Origin: Trichomonas gallinae
Taxonomy: Eukaryota
DNA: 64,000 nucleotides
Assembly (NCBI GenBank): GCA_008369845.1
Contig: MRSU01010611.1
Span: 1-64,000 of the forward strand
Reading direction: 5' to 3'
Shown here: positions 23,379 through 35,301 of the stretch, in pieces
How the letters are laid out: the number at the start of each line of letters is the position of its first letter
How positions within the stretch are numbered: position 1 is the first letter of the stretch
Position numbers and translations under genes: made by a program
The notes under the pieces: model-generated
Seen by the model: the letters and a program-made list of their open reading frames with translations, nothing else
Databases searched by the model: none
Told to the model about the DNA's origin: nothing

Positions 23379-26114
23379 TTAATCTTGAATTAATTTCATT
23401 AAATCTGGCTGGGACTTGAGAAATTGTTCAACAACTTCATGTCCATCAATTTCATTGTTAATAATAAATAAACACTTTTCAACAAAATATTTTGCATCAA
23501 TTTTTTGGAATAAATCCTGAGGAAGATGAGAAAAGATATAATTGATGATTTCTGCATAATTTTCACATTCATCATAGTTATTAAGCTTCATTATCATAGA
23601 AATTATTAAATTATCTCTAGAAGCAAAATAAGGATATGAATTTGCAACCATAAATATGATCTGAAGTGAATAATAATCAAATTGCTTTGAATCTGAACTT
23701 AATTCCAAAATAATATTCAAAATTCTTGTGATTCTTTCGAGATCAATGTGAATGAATTTCATTATATTATAAACAGACTGAACTGCAACCATGATTTGGT
23801 TTTCTTCACCAGATTCCAAATATTCAAAAATTTGATTAATAATTTCGTTTTGGCTGTTTTGATCGTATCTAGTCATCAAATACACCCATAAGTAGAAGTT
23901 TTCAAACGATTTTGGAAAGATTTGAGCAATTTTGTTGAAATTATTAACATCAAAAATATTTTTCGATGCTTCAATCAATTTTATGCAAGAATCAGCAACA
24001 TCTCTGTTGTCAAAACTAGTTCCACCATTGTTGAGTTCGATTAAAGCACTATAACACGATAAAATTAAATCAAAACTTTCTCGACAAGAAAATTTTTCTT
24101 GAATTCTCACCAAAAATTCGAGAATTTGATCTTGGTTGATACAAGCAGCTACATTGGACATCAACTCATTTAATATTGCTTGGACTTGTTCTAAAGACAA
24201 ACTCGCTGTAGGAATAATCGCATTTAAAAGTTGCAAATATTTCTTGGAAGTTTTTTGTTCGAAGCAATTTGCGCCTTTCATTATTATACCCATAAGATTA
24301 TCTAAATAAGCATCAAAAACATCAGGGGATGATTTAACAATTGCTGTCAATGTCTTCAAAACATTGAAAATCAAGAAACATTCTTCTTTGTCATAAAATT
24401 GAACAAGCTCGTTTTTGACAATTGTTACTTTGATAAAATCTTCTTGATCTACAACTGACTTCTGCGGTTCAGGAATGTTTGATGCCTCATTGATTAAATA
24501 GTTAACAATGAATTCGATTTCTGGCAACTGACAAAAAAGTTTTGCTGTGATTCTGTAGATGTCAACAACTGAATTTTTCGGGAAAGAATTTAAATCTAAA
24601 TTAGAAACAGTTTGATAGAATAACTGGAATAATTCATCATCTTTGTATTCTAGGTTCAGTGCTGATATAACAAAGGCTACATCGTGAAGGAATGTTTGAT
24701 CTTCGATGACATTTTTCAAAAACTCTTGCAAGTATTCATAAATTTCACCAAAATTCTCTCCAAAGTTATAAATGATTGAACGAATTAAATCAAGATTCGC
24801 CGGAATGAAATATGTAAACTTATTGAAGTGATCTATCAATTCCAGCAGATTATCTTTAATGTTCATTAAATTTTGATTACAATTTTCGACTAAACTCGAC
24901 AGCGAATCAAAATATTTTTCTGCTATTGTTTGATTTTCTTCGTTTAAAAGTTGTTCGATAATTAGCTGAATAATCGTCTCAGAAAACTTATAAATCTCTT
25001 CGTTATCAATACCAAAGAACTGTGATACTTCATATCTTATGATAGGAACATCAGAATTAATGCAGCTAATGAGATATTCGATTATTTCTTGGTTGATGAA
25101 ATCAGAATTTTCTCCTAAAATGTTTGAAATCAAAACTGAAATGAAAACTTGTTTCCATTCTCCATCAAATGATATCAAATTAACAGCATGCGGTATTACT
25201 TTACAAATAATGTTAGAAAGTAATTCTTTGTATTCATTATAAAGAGAATTTTCGAAATCATCTGAAACATTTCCATCGATTTGGTTTAAAAAGATCGAAA
25301 TCAGTTCTTCCAAAAGCTGCAGCAGCATTTTTTCATCTATATTACTAACTATTCTATTAAGAAGCTTAAATGAGTAAAATTTAGCAGAAATATCAACATC
25401 AGAGCCCAGAACAGACAAAAGAAATTCCAAAATTTTTCCATTGTCAAAAAGTTCATTTGCATGTTTATAGAAAAACAGCAGATGCCTAATATAGCAATTA
25501 ATATGAGCAGCATCAACAGTAGGCATGTATTCAATAACTCTTTCGTGAAAAGCTAAATAAATCTCTGGGTTTTTCTTCGTCAAAGTTTTCAGAAGACAAA
25601 AAATTGCATCATGGATGTCTACATACTTATCCAGCCTAAAATATTCTATCAGCAGTGTGTTGCAGGCTTCAATGCACCGTTCTATATCATAAATATTTAT
25701 TTCTAGTAGATACGCAATGCAGTAAATCGAGTTTTTGTTGTTGCAAGATAAAAGAAAATTAAATGAATCTGGCCAAGCTTCAGAAAGATAATAAGTTAAA
25801 ATTCTTGAGCTGATTTCTAGTGAAATATCATAGCATTCATGATTAGTTAGTAAAAACTTAACTATTTCGATTAAATTCTCGAATAAATATTCTAAATTTT
25901 GTTTTATGAAGTCTTTGTTTCTAAAATGAAGTAAAGATTGTAATAGTGTGGCTCCTATTTTCGTGTACGATGGTGTTTGAAGTAATTGCTGAAGATATTT
26001 TATCGCGAGTTGTAAATTTGACTGAACGAATTCCAAATATACTGCTTCGGAGTCTTCTCTGCTCGTTTGCTGTAACATTGATGTAACAATCTGAACAAAA
26101 TTTTGATAATCCAT
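23379..26114 (-). CDS. HEAT-repeat alpha-solenoid, divergent karyopherin-beta (importin-5-like)
   Basis: ATG at 26114 (track start is TTG). About 911 aa, acidic and helical; WKQVFISVLISNILGE and NSDVPIIRYEVSQFFG resemble importin-beta-family HEAT repeats. Confidence 0.6.
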   Translation of the reverse strand: MDYQNFVQIVTSMLQQTSREDSEAVYLEFVQSNLQLAIKYLQQLLQTPSYTKIGATLLQSLLHFRNKDFIKQNLEYLFENLIEIVKFLLTNHECYDISLEISSRILTYYLSEAWPDSFNFLLSCNNKNSIYCIAYLLEINIYDIERCIEACNTLLIEYFRLDKYVDIHDAIFCLLKTLTKKNPEIYLAFHERVIEYMPTVDAAHINCYIRHLLFFYKHANELFDNGKILEFLLSVLGSDVDISAKFYSFKLLNRIVSNIDEKMLLQLLEELISIFLNQIDGNVSDDFENSLYNEYKELLSNIICKVIPHAVNLISFDGEWKQVFISVLISNILGENSDFINQEIIEYLISCINSDVPIIRYEVSQFFGIDNEEIYKFSETIIQLIIEQLLNEENQTIAEKYFDSLSSLVENCNQNLMNIKDNLLELIDHFNKFTYFIPANLDLIRSIIYNFGENFGEIYEYLQEFLKNVIEDQTFLHDVAFVISALNLEYKDDELFQLFYQTVSNLDLNSFPKNSVVDIYRITAKLFCQLPEIEFIVNYLINEASNIPEPQKSVVDQEDFIKVTIVKNELVQFYDKEECFLIFNVLKTLTAIVKSSPDVFDAYLDNLMGIIMKGANCFEQKTSKKYLQLLNAIIPTASLSLEQVQAILNELMSNVAACINQDQILEFLVRIQEKFSCRESFDLILSCYSALIELNNGGTSFDNRDVADSCIKLIEASKNIFDVNNFNKIAQIFPKSFENFYLWVYLMTRYDQNSQNEIINQIFEYLESGEENQIMVAVQSVYNIMKFIHIDLERITRILNIILELSSDSKQFDYYSLQIIFMVANSYPYFASRDNLIISMIMKLNNYDECENYAEIINYIFSHLPQDLFQKIDAKYFVEKCLFIINNEIDGHEVVEQFLKSQPDLMKLIQD

Positions 26115-26194
26115 TAAAAAATCTTTTAAAAATTTATAAAAACTGACAATTTTGTGACTTTTAAACAAAAATAAACAAAGACATAATCATAAAA

Positions 26195-27703
26195 ATGGAG
26201 TATAAAGACGAAGAAAATCCAAATATTTTGAACTCTGCAGATAGAATTGAAGTTTCTGCTGATTTGGTTGATCCTGATGATGAACAAGAGGTTGTCGCAA
26301 TAGAAAATCCAACAGAGCAAGAAATTCAAAATTTGATATTAGCAACATTTAACGAATTAACAAAAATATCACAGAATATGGAAGATGAAAGGAAGAATTT
26401 TATTTTATATCAGAACTTAAGGCAGATTATCATACAAATTAAAAAGAAAAATATTAATTTAGAAAATCTACAAGCAATTCCGGAATTTCTTCCACTACTT
26501 ATTGATGTATCAGCAGAATGCGCATCAATTCTTAACTCAAAGATATGTTTAAATACACTTTGGTGTTTAATTTCTCGAATTCCAAAATCAGTCGAAGTTT
26601 TACTAGAATTTCATATAGCTCCAGCATGTTTATCGAAAATCAATGAAACTGTTAATATAACAGTCATTCCAGCTATTTATATATTATATTATCTTGTAGA
26701 TCATCAATTTGATCTCTTAAGCGAATTTTATGAGTATATGAACCCTAATCTTTTCTTAGACATTCTTCAAAGCATGGAATCTCAAGCTTTTAATTTTCCG
26801 GAAGAATCTGAAGAATTCCAAAGAATAAAAAGAGATCACAGACTAATAATAGAATCAGTGGCCTTATTCATGACCCATCTATCTAAGGTCGTTGAAGGAG
26901 AAGACACAGGAGTCTTAATTCGTCTGATTTTTTATGTTTTAGATCGGTGCGAAAATTTGCCTTTTTCTTATTGTTTATTATGCTTAAGGAAACTTTTCGA
27001 GCGTGGACAGATAGCTCTCGAGGATGTTGATGATATGAACTTAATGAGATTCATTGAAAAAGCCTACATGACGAAATATGAGCCGAATTGTCAAAAGGCA
27101 TCTTTTCTCGTCATTTCGCTCATCGAAAAAAACTATCCGTGCTCGATTCTGAACATCACTCCGCTGATGAACTATTTAAGAACGACAGAAGACAAAGGAA
27201 ACGAAATGATTGCAAGGAAAGCTTTGGCGCTGATATGCGAGCGTGCTTCTCCAATCATCAGGCACTCGATTGCGATGCACAGCGATTTCCCTACAATTGT
27301 CATCGAAGCAATTGCGAGGAAAGATGAAGTTAGAGAGTCTCCATACATAGGAGACTACAACGTGATGAAGCTGGCTGGAAGAGCTTACTTAGGAGTTCTG
27401 GAGTCGGGAGTTACAGAAGTTATTGAAGATAATATGAATGATCGAGCTGTTCTGGCGCTTTTAGTTCTGTTGACACTTGACAACGAAAAAATTGTTTTGA
27501 GAGCAATACATGTCCTTGACTCTCTATATGAGTTCTCAGTAAGAATTGGCGCGAAAGATGACTTCTTGAATTCGTTCACAGCAGAAGAAGGCTTGAATTA
27601 CATTCAGGAATGCGAAGACAACTTCGATGAATCGGACGAAGTTTTAGATTCTATTGCTGCATTTTGTACCAAGATGGGCTTCACAAAACAAGAACAGGAA
27701 TAA
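26195..27703 (+). CDS. ARM-repeat protein, importin-alpha-like C-terminus
   Basis: DNEKIVLRAIHVLDSLY...EEGLNYIQECED resembles importin-alpha ARM9-10. No basic IBB domain is evident at the N-terminus. Confidence 0.6.
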   Translation: MEYKDEENPNILNSADRIEVSADLVDPDDEQEVVAIENPTEQEIQNLILATFNELTKISQNMEDERKNFILYQNLRQIIIQIKKKNINLENLQAIPEFLPLLIDVSAECASILNSKICLNTLWCLISRIPKSVEVLLEFHIAPACLSKINETVNITVIPAIYILYYLVDHQFDLLSEFYEYMNPNLFLDILQSMESQAFNFPEESEEFQRIKRDHRLIIESVALFMTHLSKVVEGEDTGVLIRLIFYVLDRCENLPFSYCLLCLRKLFERGQIALEDVDDMNLMRFIEKAYMTKYEPNCQKASFLVISLIEKNYPCSILNITPLMNYLRTTEDKGNEMIARKALALICERASPIIRHSIAMHSDFPTIVIEAIARKDEVRESPYIGDYNVMKLAGRAYLGVLESGVTEVIEDNMNDRAVLALLVLLTLDNEKIVLRAIHVLDSLYEFSVRIGAKDDFLNSFTAEEGLNYIQECEDNFDESDEVLDSIAAFCTKMGFTKQEQE

Positions 27704-28097
27704 TATGTATTTGTATAAAAATAAATATAGAGTTTATAATATATATTAGAATATTGACTAAAATCTTTTGATATCAAAAAGAAAACTTTCTAAATTCTAA
27801 ATAATCACTATCATCATGTCTCCAATATTATAATGTATATTGCAGATGTAAAAGCGTATTAAATCACAGCAATGAAAAAATCATATTCATGTATACATTG
27901 AAACTCATAAGAAACTCCATTATTAATTGCTTCAAATATTAAACCTTGATACATGATTCAACCATCTTCTTCCTCTTTTTGGAGTATATATTGATTATTG
28001 CTTCGGAATTCAACTAATAAATAGATTATTCTGAGTAATAACTTCTAAAAATAATATTTAAAACTAACAACAATATAATATATATATTTCAACAAAA

Positions 28098-29393
28098 TTA
28101 TTCTGGGGATAAAATTTGAGTAATTGCATCAGATTTGGCATCTATTGCTTCATCAAGTCCGTAGACATTGTCTATAGCATCAAGAATCTTACTTATTGCG
28201 ATGTTGGATGGAATTTCGACGCCTTCTTCTATAATTATTTTGAGGAAGATTTCGATGACAGTCAAACTAGCAAATGTTGCTTTGAGATCACTTTCATCAA
28301 TGAGTGAGCTCAGTAGTAAGAAAGGAGGCTTCGTGAAGCTTTGTCTTATGATGCTGTTAGGCGTTTTCTGCAAGAACATTGCGAGAAATTCGACGGCAGA
28401 AATTTTTACATTTGTCAACTGCGAATTTAGCAAATCTATTGATGCTTTGAAAATTGGATCATCTGGACTAGGAATGTAGTTAATATCTAATAAAAACTTT
28501 AATATTATTGATGATTCGGCGCGTTTTTGCTGTAACATCGAAATAATATTTGACATTAAACCATCTTCAAATATAACACCTAATAACTCTGTGTCTTGGT
28601 AAATTGCGATGAAATGATAAATATTCTCGATAATTTTTGCGGATTCGTTTGAATTTTCAATAATAATTTTAATTTCTTCGTCTGTTATTGGTAATTTAAA
28701 GTTTCTGCTTAACAATTGGCACAAAATTGAAAATCCACAAGATATTAATAATGATTCGTTTGAAACATGCTTTAATAAACTAATTGCAAAATTCCAAATT
28801 TGATTCAAATGATTTTCATCAAGATCAATTGAAAGGATTAATTGTACAAATTGTTTGATGAAGGATGTTAATATATTCAAAAAATAAGTTTTGTCTCGTT
28901 GAATAAATAAAATTTCTTCAGGATTAAACTGCAATAAACTATTCATTCGAACTATTATTTCCTTTTCGAGACATAGATGTAAAATTTCATGATGAATTAA
29001 ACAAATATTGAATATTATTCCAAATTGTAATAAAATTGATCCATAATCATTTTCAATTTGTTTTGATACCAAAATTTCGAATATTTCAGCGCATTTTTCT
29101 AATGGTATGGGAAAATCATTGATAGCTGATAGATTATATAATGCATCTAAAAATTTAATCGATATAGGCTTAGAATTAGCTATTTTTTGAATTGTGATAT
29201 CTAATATAACCGATAATATATCAATTTCTGCAGTCAATTCTTGTTCAATTTCAAAATAATTTTTGAAAATTGATAAATCTTCCAAATCATTTGATAAAAA
29301 ATCATCTAGAGCGCTTTGTATATCGAATTTATCTGCAGTATCATGAATAAGCTCGTGAAATTTGTTATGCTTACGAAGTGGAAAAGAAGACAT
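28098..29393 (-). CDS. ARM/HEAT-like alpha-helical repeat protein
   Basis: 431-aa Leu/Ile-rich helical ORF. TNVKISAVEFLAMF and DLKATFASLTVIEIFL are ARM/HEAT-like. Confidence 0.6.
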   Translation of the reverse strand: MSSFPLRKHNKFHELIHDTADKFDIQSALDDFLSNDLEDLSIFKNYFEIEQELTAEIDILSVILDITIQKIANSKPISIKFLDALYNLSAINDFPIPLEKCAEIFEILVSKQIENDYGSILLQFGIIFNICLIHHEILHLCLEKEIIVRMNSLLQFNPEEILFIQRDKTYFLNILTSFIKQFVQLILSIDLDENHLNQIWNFAISLLKHVSNESLLISCGFSILCQLLSRNFKLPITDEEIKIIIENSNESAKIIENIYHFIAIYQDTELLGVIFEDGLMSNIISMLQQKRAESSIILKFLLDINYIPSPDDPIFKASIDLLNSQLTNVKISAVEFLAMFLQKTPNSIIRQSFTKPPFLLLSSLIDESDLKATFASLTVIEIFLKIIIEEGVEIPSNIAISKILDAIDNVYGLDEAIDAKSDAITQILSPE

Positions 29394-30435
29394 GGAAAAA
29401 TTATGTCATGTAAAACCAAAAATATGTTATGTAAAGTAAAAATCAGCATTGCATTATTGTTTGATCAAAGAGCTGCTTAAGGTCTATAACATTTAGAAAG
29501 AGGTTTGTAAACAATTTGGCAATAATGAGATGCCAGAAGATATTGTTTTTGATCTTTTTTCGATGAGGAAGATGTCCAAGTCAACCAAGTAATTAGTTGT
29601 GTCAATACGAATGCGAGTAGGAAAATTAGATCATATTGCTATGTCTGGATTTGAGTGTCTTAGGACAAGTGTTCTATACACGCTAGATTCACAGAGCACA
29701 GTCATTCGTAATGTTTAATTTTTATAAAAATGATTTGCTTATTTAGTGATTGATAATTTTCATGCTCATTTATCAATGTATACTTATATTATGTTATTTG
29801 TGTGCTTTTGTACAAGATTGGAAAGGTTTGACTGAGGCAGAAATGAAGTTTAATTTTGAGTTCATTTTTTCATGGTCAAATATTTTGTGATTTTCAAGCA
29901 ATACTAGAAGAATATGAATCCGTAAAAGCGTCGTAACAATTGTAATTGTTTTGATGTATCTAATTCCAGTCATTTCTTTTAAGCAACTTCATGAACTTTC
30001 TCTCAACAATTCAAAGTTCTTATTAATGACTTCAGAAAGTGGAATGTTGATTAATTGGACTTAAAAGAACGAAACGATGTTAAATTATGGAAAAATCAGG
30101 TATTTAAGGATCAAAGTGTTGAACAAAGGCAAATATGTTCATTTTTTATCATTCTATATCATGTTCTATGGTAAATTGTTAGCTTAAGTCATCTGTTTAA
30201 TTCTTTAGATTCAGAAAATGGTTTTGCTTCATCTAGTTTTAGAACAATCGGCAAAATTTTATAACTTTATGATCAAAATACGAGAAAACAAATAGGCTTG
30301 CAGATATACCTATTGTCAGCAGTATCTTAAATTGAACACTTTAAGGAAATTTTAGCAATTGTGATAATTTTGATGTAAGGAAACTTCTGAGCTTTACATT
30401 TGAATTGAATTTTTTTGACACTATGTTAATAAATG

Positions 30436-30506
30436 TGTCGTGTAAATATTTTATTTGTCAAGTAAGTAAAATTTATGTCATGTAATTAATTTATTTGTCA
30501 AATGTA
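30436..30506 (+). repeat. Four TGTC(A/G)-core motifs at exact 20-bp spacing upstream of ATG 30515
   Basis: TGTCGTGTAAA at 30436, TGTCAAGTAAG at 30456, TGTCATGTAAT at 30476 and TGTCAAATGTAA at 30496. Confidence 0.75.
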
Positions 30507-30514
30507 ATTAACTT

Positions 30515-31327
30515 ATGATTGATGGTTTAACGAGCAGGATTGAAGCTGAAAGGATGAAAAATGAATCATTGCAAACTAAAGTTTATTTAATGCATCGAGA
30601 TATTCTCAAAACGAGAATAAATCAATTTCAAAGGCAACAAGATTTGAAAAATCGCAAATCAAAAGTAAAAGAGTCGCAATCAGTTAACGAAAATTACAAA
30701 AAATCGCTTAAAATGTTGAAACTATCTCATTTAGTTGAAAAAATGCATAATAAATTAACAAATTACAATAACGACATCAATCTGTATCAATTACAAGCTT
30801 CTTCGTCGGATACATCCTTAATGGATGATATTAAAAGGTTAAAAGAAGAAAATAATAAAAGAAAGAAAAACATTTCTGAAAATTCATCCAAAAAACAAGA
30901 ATTAATGGATGAACTTGATAATTTAGATCACCAATATGACGTATATAAAGAAAAATACGAATTTCTAACGAAAACTTTACAAGATTTGAAAAATAATGAA
31001 TCAAATTACGATGAAGATGCAAGTGAAGTTCTAGCTGAAGAATTAGATCTTGAAGAAGAGTCTATTGAATATGGCTCGCTTTCTGTTGATGAAGAATTCA
31101 CAAAACGTTCATCAGAATTAAATGAATACGAAAATATCATCAAAATGTTCGAATCAGACTGGGAGGAACTTAAAGCTGATAATATTTACTCATACAATTC
31201 GAAAATGAAGAAATTGATGTGGCTTCAAAATCAAATGGATGAAATCAACATTCTGCGATTAAAAATCGACCAGCAGACTCAAGAAAACTTTGCTTTGAAA
31301 ATGAAAATTTATGACAATGAGAAATAA
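30515..31327 (+). CDS. Coiled-coil hypothetical protein
   Basis: 270-aa E/K/N/L-rich ORF with heptad patterns. Confidence 0.75.
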   Translation: MIDGLTSRIEAERMKNESLQTKVYLMHRDILKTRINQFQRQQDLKNRKSKVKESQSVNENYKKSLKMLKLSHLVEKMHNKLTNYNNDINLYQLQASSSDTSLMDDIKRLKEENNKRKKNISENSSKKQELMDELDNLDHQYDVYKEKYEFLTKTLQDLKNNESNYDEDASEVLAEELDLEEESIEYGSLSVDEEFTKRSSELNEYENIIKMFESDWEELKADNIYSYNSKMKKLMWLQNQMDEINILRLKIDQQTQENFALKMKIYDNEK

Positions 31328-32502
31328 CAAATTTCGAATTTATTATCATGATTACAGTCAATATTATCAATTAGTATATGCATTATATATGTACTATATA
31401 ATATTATGGGAAAGCGAACAATCTTTAATTTTGTATTAGAACTATTCAGATAATAATGATTAGATGAAAATATTATGATTAGAATTGATGATGATAATAT
31501 TGTGATGCCCACATTAATGATATCATCTCTGTCTAATTTTTATAAGGCAAACACACGTAAAAATATGGAAGTTTATAGGAATGATGTTTTGTTCATTAGC
31601 TACTCATTCATTGGTTATTCAAAGAATGTTATAATACCATAATAACATGCTACAGCTATGAAAAATTCAATATGGTTGGTAAAATAATGATAAATCTCAA
31701 ATGGAAATCAATTTCAAGTAATATGAGTTGCATTAAATGCTTCTAATATTCTGTTTAATGAATAGAATTACTATTAAAGAATAATGTACTGATTTTATCA
31801 AACTCATAAATTGATTGAAATTTTGAATGCATCAACTGATTGAATATGCTCATATCTATGGTAATATAGCAGTGAATAACCAGGTTAAATGAAATAAATT
31901 GCATAGAACCCTTAAAATACGATTTTGAAATAATTCGCTTGTATAATAAAGAAAATTAAAAACATATTCTTCTTTAAATTAACCATATGTGTTGATTTTT
32001 AATAATTTTGCTTATCATTTCCTTATTCAAATGAATCGGACGAATAAAATCTCAGAGAAAACTAGTCAATAAAGCTGATTGTAGAGTGCTTAGTCAATGG
32101 AAATACTAAAATTGTTGATTAGGTACTTTTGAGGATTGTTTAACCACATAATTTATCCTCAAATCCAGGAAGGTCAGTTAAGTTAACAAGATTCGTTCGT
32201 ATGATGAGGAATTTCTAACTGTGAGTATATTAACAGAATTGGACATATTTAGTAAAAAATTAGAAATAAAACTCTTTTCTTTGGAAGATTACAAAAATCT
32301 TTAGTATAATTTGCTAGAGTATGAACTGTTGTTTCCAAATGTTATATGCTCAATTCAACATTGTTATTCAGTAAGGCAGCAGAACCTTCACAAGACGCCC
32401 GAGAAATAAAGTCAACATTTTTCTGTCGTTGTAAAAAATCATCACGGGCTGTATTATTAAAGGATAGATAGATATAGGATTTATAATAACAAACAAAAAA
32501 AA

Positions 32503-32871
32503 TTAATAGTTTTCGACACGGGCCTGCTGATAGTATGATCTGGAATTATTGAAGGAGTTGTTTATTTCCTTGATTTGGACCTCCTTCTGCTTCTGTAAAA
32601 CGATGGTAGGCTTGTTCTCTACGGCTGGCTTGTTGCACATCCAGAATGAATTATTGTTGAGCATTGGTACGTAGCTCGAAGGCCTCATAGGTGCCTTATA
32701 AGGAGCAGTATTATTTGATGGAGAAAGCTTCGTTACGTTTACTTTCTTCTGTTTATTGTCTGTCAGGTAAACAGTAAATTCACCATTGTTGGTCTCAGAC
32801 TTAACAACCTTGATTGTGATGTTGAACTTGTTAGCGAGTGGCTTCACAGAAGGCTGCGGAAGGCTGGACAT
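32503..32871 (-). CDS. Small hypothetical protein
   Basis: ATG at 32871 (track start is TTG); GC-richer than its flanks; 122 aa. Confidence 0.65.
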   Translation of the reverse strand: MSSLPQPSVKPLANKFNITIKVVKSETNNGEFTVYLTDNKQKKVNVTKLSPSNNTAPYKAPMRPSSYVPMLNNNSFWMCNKPAVENKPTIVLQKQKEVQIKEINNSFNNSRSYYQQARVENY

Positions 32872-34176
32872 CCTGGTTAAAAATGCTCTGAAAATGTTGA
32901 TGGTTCTCAATTTTCTTAAGAAAACGGTTTGTCTGAAATTAAACGGTTTTATTATGAAATTTGGTCAATGAATATATCTATAATCTATTAACATTTCTAG
33001 CTTTATTTTTATTAAAATTTGCGAAAAATAATAAAAATCTTTTCTCTTTGCGGATGTAATTCTCTATGCTTATATACTATATAATGAATCAAAAATTTGG
33101 AGAAAAATTTGATTGTGTTTTGAGTTATGAATTTATCTTCGTAATATATATTGTATACTGTGTGTCTATCTGAAATAAGCAAAAAAGAAAGGATTTAAAA
33201 TGAAATTTGGAAATTTTGATAAAATCAGTCTTCATATAATATATGATTGCTTATTTTGTTGAAATTTATGAAATATCTTAGTCGGTTAATGAAATTTTCT
33301 AGAAAACTCGAGATATGATATTACTATGATTTACTGATGATATTAATTTAAACTCCTTCACAAAAAAAAGTTTGTAAAGTAAAGAAAAGTATCAATCATT
33401 TTTCAATAGAAATAACGACAATGAATTTAAAATATTTTTATCATACCTTTGTTTATTATCACATATGCTGCATAATTAAGTTTATGACAAAATTAAATAT
33501 TGCTTATAATCATATATGCACCAATAATAATTATTTTTATAAAAAGATAGCGAATTATTTTGATTGAGTTTTAATCGTTGGCTCTCAATTTTTCGGCTTG
33601 ACAACCTCTCAATTTTGGCCAAATTTGTGTTTTTTTGAGTATCGTTTTTTAATCAAGATATTATCTGTATAACTTTATGATGCATATTTTAGGAAGGAAT
33701 CGGACTTTTCATTGGTGTATTGTTGGAGTTCAAAATATTGATAATTAGACACGACCAGATGATGATTCAAAAACCCAAACCATTATTATAGCAATATATG
33801 TTGTTTATTTCTTATTATAATTAAAATTTATAACATGAATGGATTAATCCAAGCGTGAAAAATGATGTATGATCATCATCAGTTATAATATAACCCCTAT
33901 ATACTGTAATAAACATTATACTAACGTATTTTTTGTTTCTGAATAAGTCCTACCGCAAATCCGAATACGAGATTCTCAATTAACTAAAAATATACGATGA
34001 TAGTCGCAGAATATTGGCGTATTATTGTGGTAATGTAACTGATATGTAATGCTCCATGATTAGATCCACTCATGAAACAATAATAGAAGATTAACATTTG
34101 ACACTTTACAAAAAAAATATCTGACTTTCCCCTAAAATAAAAAATACAGCCCCTGCATATTTATATTTTTTTGTTT

Positions 34177-35151
34177 ATGATATTTATTTCTCTATTAGTT
34201 GTTAATTCTCTGTGTTGGTCAGGCGAGCCTCATCAGCTGATTGCACGAATTGCGCAGAAGATGCTCACCAAACAACAGAACAAATGGATAAATGATATGT
34301 TAAATCTTTGGCCAAGTGAAAGCTACGATCTAATATATGTATCAAACTGGGAAGATACAATCATTAGCGATATTAATACTATCATGCAACAATGGCATTT
34401 CGAAAATAAACCATATATCGATGAAGGCTATGAGCCAAAAGTAATTAAAAGAACATACAATATTACGAATGCTATCACTGATGAAATTAATACAATTTTA
34501 GACCCCACAACAACTTCTGTTTGGTCATTCGGATTCAGTTTTAGAGCACTGATACATTTCATCGCTGATTCTCATTGCCCTGTGCATTCTATCGCATATT
34601 ATTCAGATAAATATCCAAGCGGAGATGCTGGTGGAAATTTCATTAAATTAAATTGTAGCATATCTTACTTCTGCCAAAATCTTCACAAGCTTTGGGACTC
34701 TGGAGTGCTCAACTTCCAACATAATAAGTATATTGCTCCTTCATTGGAAGATTTCGAGAAAAATGTTACAAGGTTAATGAAAACCTATCCACTTACAATT
34801 TTAAAAGAATATCCATCATTATCTGTCTATAACTGGATCAATGAGTCATATGACTCTGCAATTAAATTTGGATACAAACCATTGAAAGATTTCAAGAATA
34901 TTGATCAAGATTATATTGACCATGGTGCAGATGAAGCAGAATTTAGGATCACTCTCGCTGGTTATCGTCTTGGATTAATTTTGCAAAAATTCTTTGAAAC
35001 TCGAGGCTATCCAAAGCTTCCAACAGAGCCACGCATCTTTACTGAAGTTTTGGCTTGGATTCTCGATGCTGTTGTCGTTGGAATTATATTAATTTATACA
35101 ATTCTTCTCTGCCGTGAAAAGGCAAGTTATACACCACAAGCATTTGCATAG
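34177..35151 (+). CDS. S1/P1 (class I) nuclease with signal peptide and C-terminal membrane anchor
   Basis: ATG at 34177. Signal peptide followed by WSGEPH; WHF, LIHFIADSHCPVH, GDAGGN and LHKLWD zinc-ligand motifs; C-terminal TM helix. Confidence 0.92.
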   Translation: MIFISLLVVNSLCWSGEPHQLIARIAQKMLTKQQNKWINDMLNLWPSESYDLIYVSNWEDTIISDINTIMQQWHFENKPYIDEGYEPKVIKRTYNITNAITDEINTILDPTTTSVWSFGFSFRALIHFIADSHCPVHSIAYYSDKYPSGDAGGNFIKLNCSISYFCQNLHKLWDSGVLNFQHNKYIAPSLEDFEKNVTRLMKTYPLTILKEYPSLSVYNWINESYDSAIKFGYKPLKDFKNIDQDYIDHGADEAEFRITLAGYRLGLILQKFFETRGYPKLPTEPRIFTEVLAWILDAVVVGIILIYTILLCREKASYTPQAFA

Positions 35152-35301
35152 AATCATATTTCTATGTGATTTGTTACTTTTCATAATTAGATTTAAGTAA
35201 ATAATAGTCTATTTTAAATTAATCAAACAAAATACGCAAAAGTTATAATTAAATGAGCCAAATAATAGTAGAAATGTGCAACTAATATCGATTATTTCAA
35301 A

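Noticed and set aside
32199..32225. GTATGA...TCTAACTGTGAG resembling a short trichomonad intron
   Set aside because: The 3' end does not match the ACTAACACACAG or TCTAAC..AACAG consensus, and no flanking ORF is restored by splicing.
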